From positions 81,847,741 through 81,911,740 of the forward strand of contig CM041465.1 in the NCBI GenBank assembly GCA_023213395.1: a stretch of DNA of 64,000 nucleotides, given 5' to 3'. Origin of the DNA: Cycas panzhihuaensis. Lineage: Eukaryota > Plantae > Cycadophyta. The position numbers and the translations under genes are program-made. The notes beneath the pieces are model-generated. The model made no database searches, was not told where the DNA came from, and saw only the letters and a program-made list of their open reading frames with translations. Below are positions 26,531 to 39,833 of the stretch, in pieces; the first letter of the stretch is position 1; the number at the start of each line of letters is the position of its first letter.

Positions 26531-28574
26531 GATTGTGAATAGAAGGATTAAAACCAAATTGAAAATACCTAAACTAGGAAAAAATAAACATAACTAAATA
26601 ATTAAAATATCAAGATCCTCTTTTATCTAAGAGAAGAGTAATCAATCCCTTACTTGGCAAGAGGCACATTGAGGGAAAGTTTTCTCTAATTAATGTCCTA
26701 TGGTCTCCTACTTTTCTACCCTTTCTAAGTTTTAAATCAAAGAGGGGATTCTAACCTACACCTTCAGCCCATCCAAAAGGAGAAAATTATGTTGAACTAT
26801 GCTAAGGATTGGGAGGACTGAGGAGTGCGAGGATTCAAAAGAGATTAGACCCTAGATTAACAACCATATTGGGGGTCAACCACTAGGGTCTTGCTCACTT
26901 GATGATGATCCACTAGTGAGGATGGATGAATCAAGGATGCCTGTGTTTGACTTTAGTGGATTCTCACACTTAGATGTGAAGGAGAATGATAAAGCTACTC
27001 TTAACCTAAAATGTGATGGTGCACTACCACTTTTAGTGTTCATAATATAACTGGAAGTAAAAATGAGTCCTAAGGGAGGGAGAGTCTAATATGTTAGGGA
27101 GATGAAGGCTCCATCAATTAAAAACTCCCTCACAATAGGATATATTTGCTTCTAAGGGAATGGTAAGTTTAATTTGCTAGGGGCATCACTACTTAGTTAA
27201 TCAACAAGGTCCTAACAAATAGAAGCAGGCCTATCCTAAGGGGACCAAGAAGCAAGCAATCTTAGATGCACAACCATACACACTTTGTATTATATGAATA
27301 AACAAGAAAAATTCAAATCAACAAAGTAAAGGAATATTAGCCTAATGTAATATTAATGCAATCTAAATGTATGCAACTATAAATACCTCTTCTTTTCTTT
27401 TTTTCTTTTAATGCAAGTAATACAAATACAACTCAAATTCTATGTATTTTCTATTTTTTTTCTATGAACTAAAAGAAAATAGTAAAATATGGTCCTAAAC
27501 ACTTCTATTCTTTTTATTTAAATTCCAAATGTGAATACAACCTAAATATTTTTTCTTTTCTCTTTTCTTTGAATGAAAGTAAGGTAATTAAGGTTCAAAA
27601 TGCTCCTTTCATTTGAATACAACTTAAAAGATTTTTAAGTAATTCAAATACCTAATTATTCTCTTAAGAGAAAAATTACATGAGATAAATTCCTCCTTGA
27701 TTTTATTTCTTTCTCAAGGGAGAAAGAAATTTGGTCTTTGAAGAGATCTATCCTTTGTTTCTTTTCTTTTTTTTTATAGAATGACACCTAAAGAAATGAG
27801 GGGGCCCTTTAATTCTTCTTACAATTATTCTAGCTCAAAAAACTATCTTCTTTTGTTTTGCATAAAGAAATTTAAACTATTAGTAATTAAAGCAAAAAAG
27901 AATAGTAAGACTTACTAGAAAAGATTATTATGCTTACCAAAGAGGCTTTGTATGAGACAATTAGTTGAAATTATAATGAGAGCTAAAAAAGAGTGTTGAT
28001 ACCCAAAAAGATTCCTCAATATATAAAGTTAGGCCTTTCTAAGATTATAATAAGGAGTTTCTAGAGCCTATTTTATATTGAAAAGGAATGAAATAGAGAA
28101 AATAATGTCTTAAGAAGTATTTTGAATAAATAGTAGTCTACTTGAGCTAAGAAAAGATATTCAATAGTAGTTAAATCAAAAGAAACTAAAAGCAACATTT
28201 ATAAAACATCTTTCTTTTTATTATCTTTCTTCAAAAAATAAACAAACTAAAAAGGTAAAATAAGAGTAAATAATCTCATAAAAGAAACTTTGTAGATGAG
28301 AAGAGAGAATACCTCATATTAGTGTCTTTACCGAAAGAGTAACTCTCAAATTACTTTATCAAACCAGTTGGTAGAAACAACAAAAGGAGAAGGGAAGGAA
28401 GTGAAAGAGAGCAACTTTTAAAAGAAAATATGGAAGAAAATTAAGAAAGGAGGAGATGGAGAGGAAGAAAATAGAAGAATGAAAGGTGATAACTTGAGCT
28501 TTGACTTTTAAACACTAGTTGGAAATAATAAGGACACAAGTGAGTTTAAAGAAAGAAATCCACTTGCTTGAAAT

Positions 28575-31500
28575 TGATGGATATTAATGCATCAAGGTTA
28601 TTAGGTTAATTAGATAAAGGTGACTTTAGGTTAGCTAAGTCACATAGTTAAATGTAATTTCATTTATATTTAAGTGTAATTTTAGGATCATATCATAAGG
28701 TAGGAAACTTCTCTAAAAACCCTAATGCACATCCTGAGATATATAAGACTAAATGTATAGAGGAGAGTAATAATTCTCACCTCTTATTTTTGGTCTTAAT
28801 CTTATTCTCTGAATTTTGCTCTTCTTATATTCCATTGCTTTACTTTAGTGGATTGTGGCACTAAATCCTTCACCCAACAACTAGTATCAGAGCCATTCTT
28901 GACTATATTTCCTCACTAGGCTTACATAAAGCCATTGATGCCTCTCACTCACAATACATGTGAGGTTGAGGGCTCATTTGAGAATTTTATTTTGTATTAG
29001 AGAGCTTTAAATTTAGTATTTTATATGTTGTTGTATCTACTATGTGTGTAGAACTACAAAGGTAAAAAGGACTAATTTTTAAAGTCGTTTGATTACAAAA
29101 ATAACTCTAGACTATATTAAAGGCCCAAATTTTGTTAAAAATTTGATAGTCTCAAATGTTAATAAAATTTGATATGTAGAGTCATCCATCTAAGAGTAAT
29201 TTTATCTTATGGAGTGTCTTTATATTCAACCTATAATAGCTAGATTTAGCTCAAATATAACTTTTATCAATATAGAAGATCTACTACTAATTTCTTCATA
29301 TTTGATTAATTTCTACTAAATTTTTTTTAGGGTGTCTAAATTCGTGAATGCATTACCTAGAGCACTATTCTAAGTGAAATTCTTTAAATTTAAGCTAATA
29401 ATCTAAAATTTCTTTTAGGGGTTTAGTAGATTTATATCTTAAGAGAATTTTGAGACCAATTTTATCAAATATCATCCACTAGTTAATGAGAAATTTATAT
29501 CTTTTTGATGAATGATAAATCTGCCTATTCAAGCATGTAGAAATATTTTGAGGGTGTTTTGAGCAATTTCTTAGCCAATTTTTGAGCTACTATAAAAGGA
29601 AAAGTTGATGTATGCATCAAAATAAAGATTTTGACATACTAAAGTTTGGATTCTTAGGTAGTGAATATAGTAAAATTTTACTTTCATGCTTTTTTCTAGC
29701 AATTTTTGTTTTTGTGCCTTTTCAAAAATTTGACTTCATTATCTTATCAAAAATGTCATTCTGAGAACCTTTTTCCTTCTATCACAAATTCAGATTTTGT
29801 CATCTAGGGCTCCATATTTGTAATTTTTATAAAATTTTACCTAATTATTATCATTTATAAATTTTATAAAATAAAATTACAAAATAGGATAAATTAGCAA
29901 GCTTTTAAATTTAGAAAAATCATCATTTTAGCAATAGGTTAATCTTCTTTTTAGCACTTTGTAGATTTTGAATTAAACATTTTAAAATTATATTTAGAAA
30001 CATTGTACTAAAGTAAGGGAAACCGTAGATTAGAAACAACATCTGGTTTCCTAGTTAAATCTAGTATGCTCTTTCTATTTTCACACATAGCATAAAGCAA
30101 ACACATAAAGCAACAACAACAACAAGTAAGCACAGAAGGCAAGTAAGCATTTGACATCTTTCTATTTTAGTTTTTAAGTTCAAATAATTCAAAAATAACT
30201 TGCACTCTTTCCTAAAAGGAGTCTCATCTGTATGTCTTATACTGCTAGTTTTTGACTTGTGTGCATACTTGCCTTAGTTGAAATAGACCATGGTTAGCCA
30301 AGTCTTGGCCCTTAGGGAGGTGTGGGTTTCATACTAGATTTGGTCTTAACTAGAATAATGGTGGAGGGATAAGTTAGCCATACCTATAGCTTTCGATTAG
30401 GGATAATCTTGTTAACCACCTAGAAAAACTAAAAACTCTAATTAAGATTAAAATATAACTGATCTAATATCTTTCCTAGCTATAGGATATACACGTACCA
30501 CCTTTTGAGGTTAGGTATATCATTGCTCATTGGTGAATGAGGTGAGGACTAGTAGTACTTAGGCTCCACACTATCTTGACAATAGTATGAGTATCATGGG
30601 CGAATGTCCTAATACATGTACTAGAAGCCCCCTTAGGCATCAACACCTCAACTTCTCTAGACTTGAAATAGAAGTTTAGGTTTAATCATAGATCCTATAT
30701 CACACTTAGTTTTTAGTTGTGTACACCCACATGTTGGCTTCTATATGGGCACAATATTAATTGTATGATCACAAGATACATCATTTATCTTTGTGATCCT
30801 TATATTGCCATTTGTACATATCATCAAACCCTTCTATGTTAGGAGTATTTATTAGAAATTTTAGTGGCCTATTAACATTGCTTACTATTTAATCATATTC
30901 CCCCTACAACATCAAGTGTATCAGTTATACATATCAATGGAATTTTTATTTACTATTTCTTCGCTATCTTTTTCACTTTATTATCTTTACCATATCTTCT
31001 TAATTTAAGCAAAATGTAAACTACATATTGAAAGGGAAAGATAATTGGGATCTATGGTATACTAGAGTTAAGAATGATACTAAGTATGAAGGGCTTTAAA
31101 GAGCCCATATGTAACTTACACCTATCATCCCTATGACAACAACAACACCTACCTCTAAAGAAACTCTACTTATAGCACTAAGAGATCCTGTAGATAAGTT
31201 ACAATGGGAAATTGATGATGAGAATATTTTTGTAGGTATTCTATTAGTGATTGATCACTCCTTGCATAATCTAATCAATGGAGAATATCATGATTTAACC
31301 TAGAAAGTTCTTGAGGTTCTTAAAAAGAATTTTGATACAAAGTCTAACCTTCAATTTATTCATCTAATCTTAAAGATGAACAAGATGAAGATGTACAAAG
31401 AATATGCACATGAAATAATCAACCTCCTTTGACCAATTAAATAAGTAATAGATAAGGATTTTAAGAACTAATATATTACATGGGCATTATTTATACATTC

Positions 31501-34500
31501 TTGTCTACATATACTTGATTATAAGAACTTTCTTAGGAGTATTCCGTCAAGTGGAATACTGAAGACACTTAACTTGGAAGCTCTTATAAAGAAGTTTATA
31601 GAATTTGATAAGACCTTTGATACTAGTTTTACAACTTCATATCCTCTTCTAGATGCAACTTTTAATGTGGAGGAATAAGTATTCTTCTCAAAGAATTAGG
31701 GTATGTCTCATGGTAGAGGAAATAACCAAATAAGGGGTAGAGGATGAGGTAGAGAAAATTAGCCATTAGGTTAACAGAACCCTCAATAATAACATTCTAG
31801 ATAGTCTCAAGGCTAAGTGCCAACTTTTAATGTAAGACAGTCAGGCCAAACTAGTACTTCAGGGACTAGAAATTAGATTATTATGTGTGAAAGGTACAAC
31901 AAGAGAGTACATCTTATAAAGGATTGTCACATACCTATAAACAAGCTGCTTAAGTTTCAACAGAAATACGAGGCTCACAATGTTAATAAAGAATATGAAG
32001 AATAGTTTGGTGGTGCAAGTTTTACTTAATCATACATTCAAAGACTTAAGGGAAAAGATATTGATAAAACTAATAGGTATTTTAAAGACCATTATGGCTA
32101 TGCCACTTATGATATTAAATCACTAATGCAAACCCCTATTAGAGTTGTAAATAGAAAAACTACAAACACCTACTCATGGATCTTGGATGTTGGAGTGACA
32201 TAGCATATGACCTATAATCAGGATCTATATCTAACTTTTGAGTCCAATGTATATAATGTCATTCACATGACTAACAAATCCCAATAAGTAGTTGAAGGTA
32301 TTGGAAACATATGCCTAAAACTCTTAGGCTTGGGAGATTTCACATTACTTGATGTCTTGTACATTCCTAATCCGAAATAAAACCTACTCTTTTTATCCAC
32401 TTATATCCCATGTGGATTCAATCTTAGTGTTACCATAAATGACAAGACTCTTTAGGTTATTCATCCTCCCAAAAATTGAGTGGTCTTGATTGGAGTGCTT
32501 ACTGGTAAATTATTTAGATTAAATAATTGCCCATCTTCTAAAGCCAACTATTCTTAAAGCCCTTGTGTCCATGAATACTTCACTTTTAATACCACTTTGA
32601 CATACCCTAAGTTATCCTAAGAAGCTCTTTGGCATGTTGACATAGGCCACATTCATATCAATCGACTTAAAGATCTTTATTACACCCTTCTAGGTTTACC
32701 CAAGTTCTCTTCTAAGCCTTTTAAATGTGAATCCTATATCATAGCCAATTCTCCTAGACAACCCTTTGTCAACAATCAGTAGAAATCAAGTCATCCTCTT
32801 CAATTGGTGTAATTTAATTTGTGCAGATCAATGCCTATTCTATCATTGAAGAAGAAATTATATTATATATCCTTTATTGATGATTTTACTAAGAAAGTGT
32901 GGGTGGATTTTCTAACCAGGAAATATGAGGCATTTGTTGTCTTTAAAGCTTTTAAAGCTTGCATTGAAAAGGAATCAGGTTATCAGATTAAGTGTCTCTA
33001 AATAGATAATAATGGAGAATATACCTCTACTAAGTTTAAAACCCACCTATGAGACAATGACATTAAGCATCATACTATAATAGCAGGCATCCCCTAATAT
33101 AATAGAGTTGCCAAGTCCATGAATAGGTCTATTATAAATATGACTTGAGCTATATTGGCTTATAAAAATATACTTTCTTACCTATGGGAAGAAGTAATTT
33201 TGACAGTTATTTATTATATCAATGTTGTCAGCCCATCTAAAGGAGGAACTTCTCCTAATGAAAAATGGACTAGACAGGCCCCCACTACCTACCATTTCAA
33301 AATATTTGGCTTAATATGTTATGCCCATATACTAGATGGAGATCAAAATAAACTCTAGCCTAGGGCACTTAAAGGCATCTTTATGGGATACCTTATGGAT
33401 AAGAAATGGTACAAGGTCTTTATACCTTTATATATAAAGATTATTGTCACCAGATACATAGTATTTACTGAAATAAAGGATCAATTATTACAATTAGACT
33501 TTAAAATACCAAGTCATTATTACTATGTTGCTACTCAATATGATGTATAGATTCCAAACTTTGTGGGGATAACACACTCAAGAGTTACTCAAATTATTAG
33601 AATCTGACAATAGATCCATAAAGGATAGTAGTTGTAATTGTAAACTAATGAGTGTACATCATGCACCACCATTCGAGGATAACGGAGTTAACAAAGACAA
33701 AGCAATCATAGATGGACCATGCTCCCCACATACATCAATATCCTCCTCAACAAATATGTAAAATGATCATTTTAAGGATCTAAATGAAGACCATATAATT
33801 AGAGAAATAAATATATCATTCCTAACTCAAGGTTCTCATGAAGCCTGTTAACTAAATAAGGATATACAACCTAATAAGATGGGAAAAATTAGCACTCAAA
33901 GTACTTATAGAGTTAAGATATAGGAATCACTTTCTATTGAGCTAGAACCAACAGAATTCCATCTTGCTCTTAGTGAAGTACCCGTCTTGTACCAAGAATC
34001 TATAAAATGCATAGCTTGGAGGAATGCCATAATTGAGGAGTATCAATCTCTTATAGAAAATGATACATAGGAGCTCATTGATTTGCCACTTGGAAGAAAG
34101 ATAGTTTAAAAAAAATGGGTGTACAAAAATAAATATAAATTTAATGTCACCCTTGAAAAACATAAGGCGAGGTTGGTAGTAAAAGAATTCACACAAAGGG
34201 AAGGTATCACCTACACTAAAGTCTTTGCACCTATGACTAGGTGGGCTATAATCAGAACTCTTGTGGCCTTAACAGCTCAACAGGGCTAGAAGATTCACCA
34301 TCTTGATGTGAAAATTATATTTCTCAGTGGTGATCTTAAATAAGAAATCTATATGGTTGAACCTGAAGGATTTGAGATTGTTAGTCAAGACCATAAGGTG
34401 TGTAGACTCAAAAAAGTCCTTCTATAACTTGGAATAAGCCTCTCATGCTTGGTTTACCAAGTTGTCAAAAAGAATGAGGTAACTTAGATATGAGGTTTGT

Positions 34501-36221
34501 GGCTACCAGGATATTGATACAATACTATTTATTAAACACCAAAAAGATAAAGTCACTTATCTATTAATCTTTGTGGATATTATACTTGTAACAGGGAATA
34601 ATGAATAGGTAATTAACTAGTTAAAGAAGGACTTAGCTAAAACATTTGAACTATCTAACCTTAGGTTGATGAGATACTACATGGAGACTGAAGTCACTAA
34701 AAAATATGATAAAATATTTCTTTCTCAAGAAAAATACATCAATGATCTTGTAATAAAGTTTTAGTTAGAAGATTCTCAATCTATAGCCACTCCAATAGAA
34801 CCTAATACTAAACTGATAACTAATGGCAATGATTGAGAGGTAGACATAATACTTTACAGGTAACTTATAGGTAGCCTCATCTATACTACTAATACAAAAC
34901 CTAATATTACACACTCTATCAGTATTCTTGCTTGTTATATGATAAATCCTAAGCAAAATCATTGGCAGGTAGCAGTATAAGTATTGAGCTACCTTAAGAT
35001 GACTAACAAATATGGTTTATTCTATAAACCTAATTCAAAGTTCAAATTATATGCATACATAAACTCAGACTTTTCTAGAGATAAAGACATAGGGAGATCC
35101 ACATCCAGGTATGTAACATTTCTTGGAATAGCACCAATATCATGGAGATCTAAATGGTAGAAGATAGCTATTGATTCAACTACTAAAGTTGAATACATTG
35201 TTTCTTCTAAGACTAGCAAGGAGGTGATATGACTTAGGAAATTATTAGAAACATTAAGTATCACCCAAACAAGTCCTACTGGCCTTTATGTAAGTAAATA
35301 ATTAGCAATGCACATGGCTAAGAATCTTGTATTTTATGATAAGACCAAACATATCAGTACTAAAGCCCAAAATATTTGAGAACTGGTTCAAGATAGCATG
35401 ATTTAATTAGAATACTCCCCCACAATAGATCAAGTGGTTGATATATTCACCAAACCATTACAAAGGGTGAAGTTTGATAGTTAAAAAGTAGCTTGACCTT
35501 TAGGCCTCCATCTCTAATTGATTGGAGGAGATGATAATAGGATCAATAGACTATGTCCTATCCATGAAAGCTCCATGTAGGCATAAAAGGATGAGAGTAA
35601 GTTTTTGCTCTATCCTATTTGTGGAAGCCCCTTATGGGCATGGAACAATAAGGGTTGTACTAGTCTTAGAAAATTGAAACCTATAAAATCTTGAAAGGGC
35701 ATGGGGGATGACCAAATGGTATATGGAGACTCAATAGATTAATCTATATATTTAAGTTACTTGGTTATCAGGATACATTAAGAGCCACCTTTTCCATTTT
35801 GACTTATAAAAGGGGCTATAGATCTTAGAAAGTTTATGGGTTTTTATTCCCCACAAGTGTCTTTTTATAAAAATGTCATTTAGAATTTTAATATAATAAT
35901 GAGGCTTAAATGAAGACCTCATAGAATAGATTTTATCATAGTGACCTTTCACCATTAAGGGGGGATTGATGGATGTTAATGCATCAAGGTCATTAGATTA
36001 ATTAGATAAAGATGAATTTAGTTTCAGGATCATGTCATTAGGTGAGAAACTCCTCTAAAAACCCTAGTGCATATCTTGTAATATATAAGACTGAATATGA
36101 AGGGGAGAGTAATAATTCTCACCTCTAATTTTTACTCTCAATCTTGTTCTCTCTATTTTTCTCTTCTTATATACCATTTCTTTAGCGTAGTAGATTGTGG
36201 CACTATATCCTTCACCCAAAA
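28575..36221 (+). mobile_element. Full-length, old Ty1/copia element A
   Basis: 5' LTR 28575-28879, PBS TAGTATCAGAGCC 28882-28894, PPT AAGGGGGGA just before 35967, 3' LTR 35967-36221, TSD GAAAT at 28570-28574 and 36222-36226. Confidence 0.95.
30992..35521 (+). pseudogene. Decayed gag-pol of copia A
   Basis: Colinear with the A' polyprotein: SWILDVG..HMT protease, FIDDFTKKVWV integrase, KHKARLV RT, DIFTKPL RNase H. Dozens of nonsense codons. Confidence 0.9.
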
Positions 36222-37491
36222 GAAATCTCTACAAAAACTTGTTAAATCTTCTAATTTCTCTTCTAATAAGCTCCTCAAGCTTGAATTTCAAAGTAAAATC
36301 CTATAAAAGAGAAGAAAAACTTGATTCTAATAAAGGTTACTTGAACCTATAACCATTCCTTTTGAGCAAATCTTAACTTTGCCACATGCTTCAAGACCTT
36401 TTCTTCTCCCAAAAATCTCTAAAATAGGAAGAAGAAGAGCCTCCAAAAAGAAAAATCCTATATAGAATAAGAGTATGAATAAAACCATAAGTGAAAACCA
36501 AGTGAGAGTAAGCTAAGAGCCTTTATAAGATAAAAAAAATAAGTAGCCAAAATAGTGCCTGATCATCATTTTTTTTTAATGTGAATATATTTGGAAAATG
36601 TTATATACAGATAAAAATATGACCTGGTAAGAGTTTAAAATATGACAAAAGATAAAAAATAGATGTAAAATGAACTAAAAACATGATGAAAGTTGAGGTT
36701 ACATTTTTAGTTATAAATAGGTTGCATTTTATTAAGGAGGTAATATTTTTGGGCTATAACAAAAAGTGTGATCACAATTTTGGTAGAACAGAAAAAGTGA
36801 CCTAGCTCTTAGGCACAAAAAAAAAAAAAAAAATTGAATAAAATTTGAAAGTTTAAAAGGTAAAAAATATCATTAATGATTGATTTAACTGAATAGAGAG
36901 AATCAAGCAAAAATAATGGAAATAAAAGGGGAAATGACATCATAAAATCACCAACTACATTGAAAATGTAAATGAAATGAGAGAACTTTTAAGTAGAGTT
37001 TTATTGATTATATACTATTAACATCTTTCAATCATCAATAATGGAAATCAGGCATAAGTATAATTAGTATGATCTCAAAAAGTTAGAATGCTAAGTAATC
37101 TCCACATTACCATGTCGTTAATCTATCAAACCCCAATAATAAAGAGAAGGTAAGAGACCTAGCCATTAACTAAGAAGGGTCATAGTTAATTGAAACATTT
37201 GCCCCCTTTACAATGGAAGCTCCATGAATTGTATTGAAGTAGGATGGTGACCATTGCCAACCTTACAAATACCAAATTATCTGGGAACTTGAGCTACCTA
37301 GGTCACTTGTTGAGTTGTTAAAACATCAAGGAATATGGTGATAGATAAATGGGATAAGTGACTTGGAAAAGGCAGTTATGATTGATTACATTGCAATGAC
37401 TAATATCTATTTGTCTATGTTATGAATTTTTTTTGTGTGCATTTTAAAACTTGATATAGAAAACAGAATATATAAATAGGGAAGGGTTCAT

Positions 37492-37752
37492 CCTAGTTTT
37501 ACCTCGTTAATAGTTAAGGTTTAGAGGACCTATCATAGTTTAATCTCTTTAATAGATGATATTTGGAGGATAAGGAACTTTCCATAGTTTATTCTCATCA
37601 ATAGTTAATCTTTGGAGGGGAAGGAACTTGTCATAGTTTATCCTTGTCAATAATCAATTATTAGAGGTGAAGGAACTTGTCATAGTTTATCCTCATCAAT
37701 AGATGATTTTTTGAGGTAAGGTTACCATAGTTTCACCTCTTTAGTGATGATC
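37492..37752. repeat. Tandem array of ~49-bp units near the PPT of the Tat-like element
   Basis: CATAGTTT recurs at 37534, 37583, 37632, 37681 (49-bp period) and 37726. Confidence 0.9.
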
Positions 37753-38289
37753 TCAAGTCTCAAGGGATAAGATTATGAGGGTTTAGATGGAAGAGTCTTA
37801 AAAGTTTTATTATAGAAGTTATGAAAGTGATGAAAATGTGAAGTCTGAGGAAAATAAATTCTATAGACTATGAACAAATCTATGTTCAGAGAAAATCATT
37901 CTTTAGGCAAAAAAGGGAGGTCTACTTAAGTATAGATAAAAGAACACAATGAGCTATGAAGGACTTATCGACTTATTGAGGGATGAATTTAGAATAGATA
38001 TTTATCAATAATTAGTTAAAAACATACTTGAAAGAGTTTTGATAATGAATGGAAACTTTTAAAGTATGCATAAGTCAGGGGATTAGAGTTTATATGCAAG
38101 TTTGAGTAAGAAAACGATTAATCTATGACATGAGACGGTTGGAAAAAGGGGTTCTATTAGAGAGTATACTAGAGAGTTTAGGGAGATTAGGCCATTAGAA
38201 TTTTTATCAGAGAGTTGTAGGAGATCAAGTTTAGGATCATGGCTCAACAGATGAGATTATTAGTGAGTTCTTAATCTTATTTTTTTAAT

Positions 38290-38570
38290 TTTGTGAGCTT
38301 TATGATTGAAAACATAACCTATAAAATCAAAACTATGATCTCCAAATGAAAAATGTGAGCTCTCTTTTAAAAATATGACCTTAATAAGGAAAAACATGAT
38401 CAATGGGTTAATCACATTTTTAGTAGTAATAGGGCCATGCTTTTTAAGATGAGATTACATTTTTTTAATATGAAGGTTGTAGTTTTGATATGGAGCTCAT
38501 ATTTTTTCATAGGGAGTTAACATGTTCTAAGGGGAGTTCACATTTTTCAATTGAAGTTTATATTTTTTAA
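38290..38570. repeat. Imperfect inverted repeat made of ~20-bp subunits, centre ~38406
   Basis: Left units such as AAAAATGTGAGC and AAAAACATGATC at ~38308, 38328, 38348, 38369, 38389; right units in reverse orientation (e.g. GAGTTCACATTTTT) at ~38411-38554. Confidence 0.7.
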
Positions 38571-38638
38571 TTAAAAAATGTAATAGAAATAAGTTTATCT
38601 TACTTTAAAAATATTCAAGATTTAATTAGAAAAACTAA

Positions 38639-39833
38639 ATGGCACTAACACTAAATGCATGTGTTGATGGCAGGGACTAGATCATATTAATACTTGGGAG
38701 AACGAGGGACTCAATTTAGATGCTATGCTCGATAGGCTACCATTGGTTGATATACATACTCTTCAATGTTGTGGCTTGACCTAGATAAGTGGATTGATCC
38801 AACTCATTATAGAGGTTAACATTTTATGTGATTTAGTAAGCCATTAGATTCCGATAAAGAATATATTTCTAGGGGACTAGGAGATCTGAGGATCAATGTG
38901 AGGGAGGTGGGGAAGATCTTGGGTATTTCATGGTATAAGGAGAGTATTGCCCTATTGAGAGTGCTGGAGGAGGAGGAGAGGGCCACTATCATCTAGCATA
39001 TGATTTAAGAGGTAGGAAATATTAGGAGCCACAAAATGAGTGTTTCAACCTTTAGACCAGTGAGGGATATCTCTATGATTATAAAGGTAATCATGTTGAT
39101 TATTTTGTTTTGGATAGTGAGGACCTAAAACTTTATGGGTCTTCCTAGTTAATGGGTGAGTATAGTGAGATAGGGTTAGTTGGGAATCTACTATACTTAG
39201 GCTCAATATGTATTAAGTAGCACTCATCACTAGTTATCAAGGATTTAACATAATGGAAAGGGTGGATTTTCCTATATATTGATCTTATTGTATTGGATTT
39301 ATGACCATATTCCTTTGACTTAGTAGGGAGGAGTACTTAATAAATTGACTAAGATGGACTCAATGATGAACTAATGACGCATGTAGTCACAAGTATGTGG
39401 GGAGATATGGGTACAATATTTACATATCCCAAAGTTGGACCAGATGACTCACAACTAATGGGTTGCAAACCCATATGAGGGAATGCCTCTATAGTTAGAT
39501 GATGAGGTAGATATAAGAGTAGTATGATGACCACCTCCTCCACTAGAAGGAGGAGGAGGAGGAGGAGGAATAGGTGACAAGATGGTACTAGAGGATTGAG
39601 TAGCACTAGGAGATAGAGCATCTGCACCCCTTCCACTAGAGGGAGAGGGAGGACAAGATGTCCACGAGGATGTAGATGTTGGTTATGAGGGAGAGAGAGA
39701 TCTTATGAGAGGTGATGGTGGTGGTGAGGTAGCTCATGGAGGTGATGTAGAGGGAAAGGGAGCTAGTGGAGAGGTTGCTTTGGGTAAGGAACATCTAGAG
39801 GAGATCATTGAGCCTATGGTTAAGGGTACATAA
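38639..39833 (+). pseudogene. Plant Mobile Domain (PMD, MAIN/MAIL-like) ORF remnant, antisense to the gypsy pol
   Basis: ILCDLVSH*IPIKNIF..GDLRINVREVGKILGI at 38821-38927 (cf. LxALVERWxPETHTF..GEMTITLxDVxxILGL) and YT*AQYVL..L..GG..LLYWIYDHIP at ~39190-39315 (cf. YSWGSAVLAxLYR..LLQxWxYEH). Acidic/Gly-rich tail; stops and frameshifts. Confidence 0.7.

Noticed and set aside
25610-28574. Assigning this region (with 36222-36761) to a specific retroelement
   Set aside because: It looks like LTR/leader DNA with a possible terminus at ~36761, but no PBS, TSD or protein motif could be identified reliably.
37492-37752. CRISPR-like array
   Set aside because: The would-be spacers are homologous to each other, the context is a plant retrotransposon and no cas genes are present.
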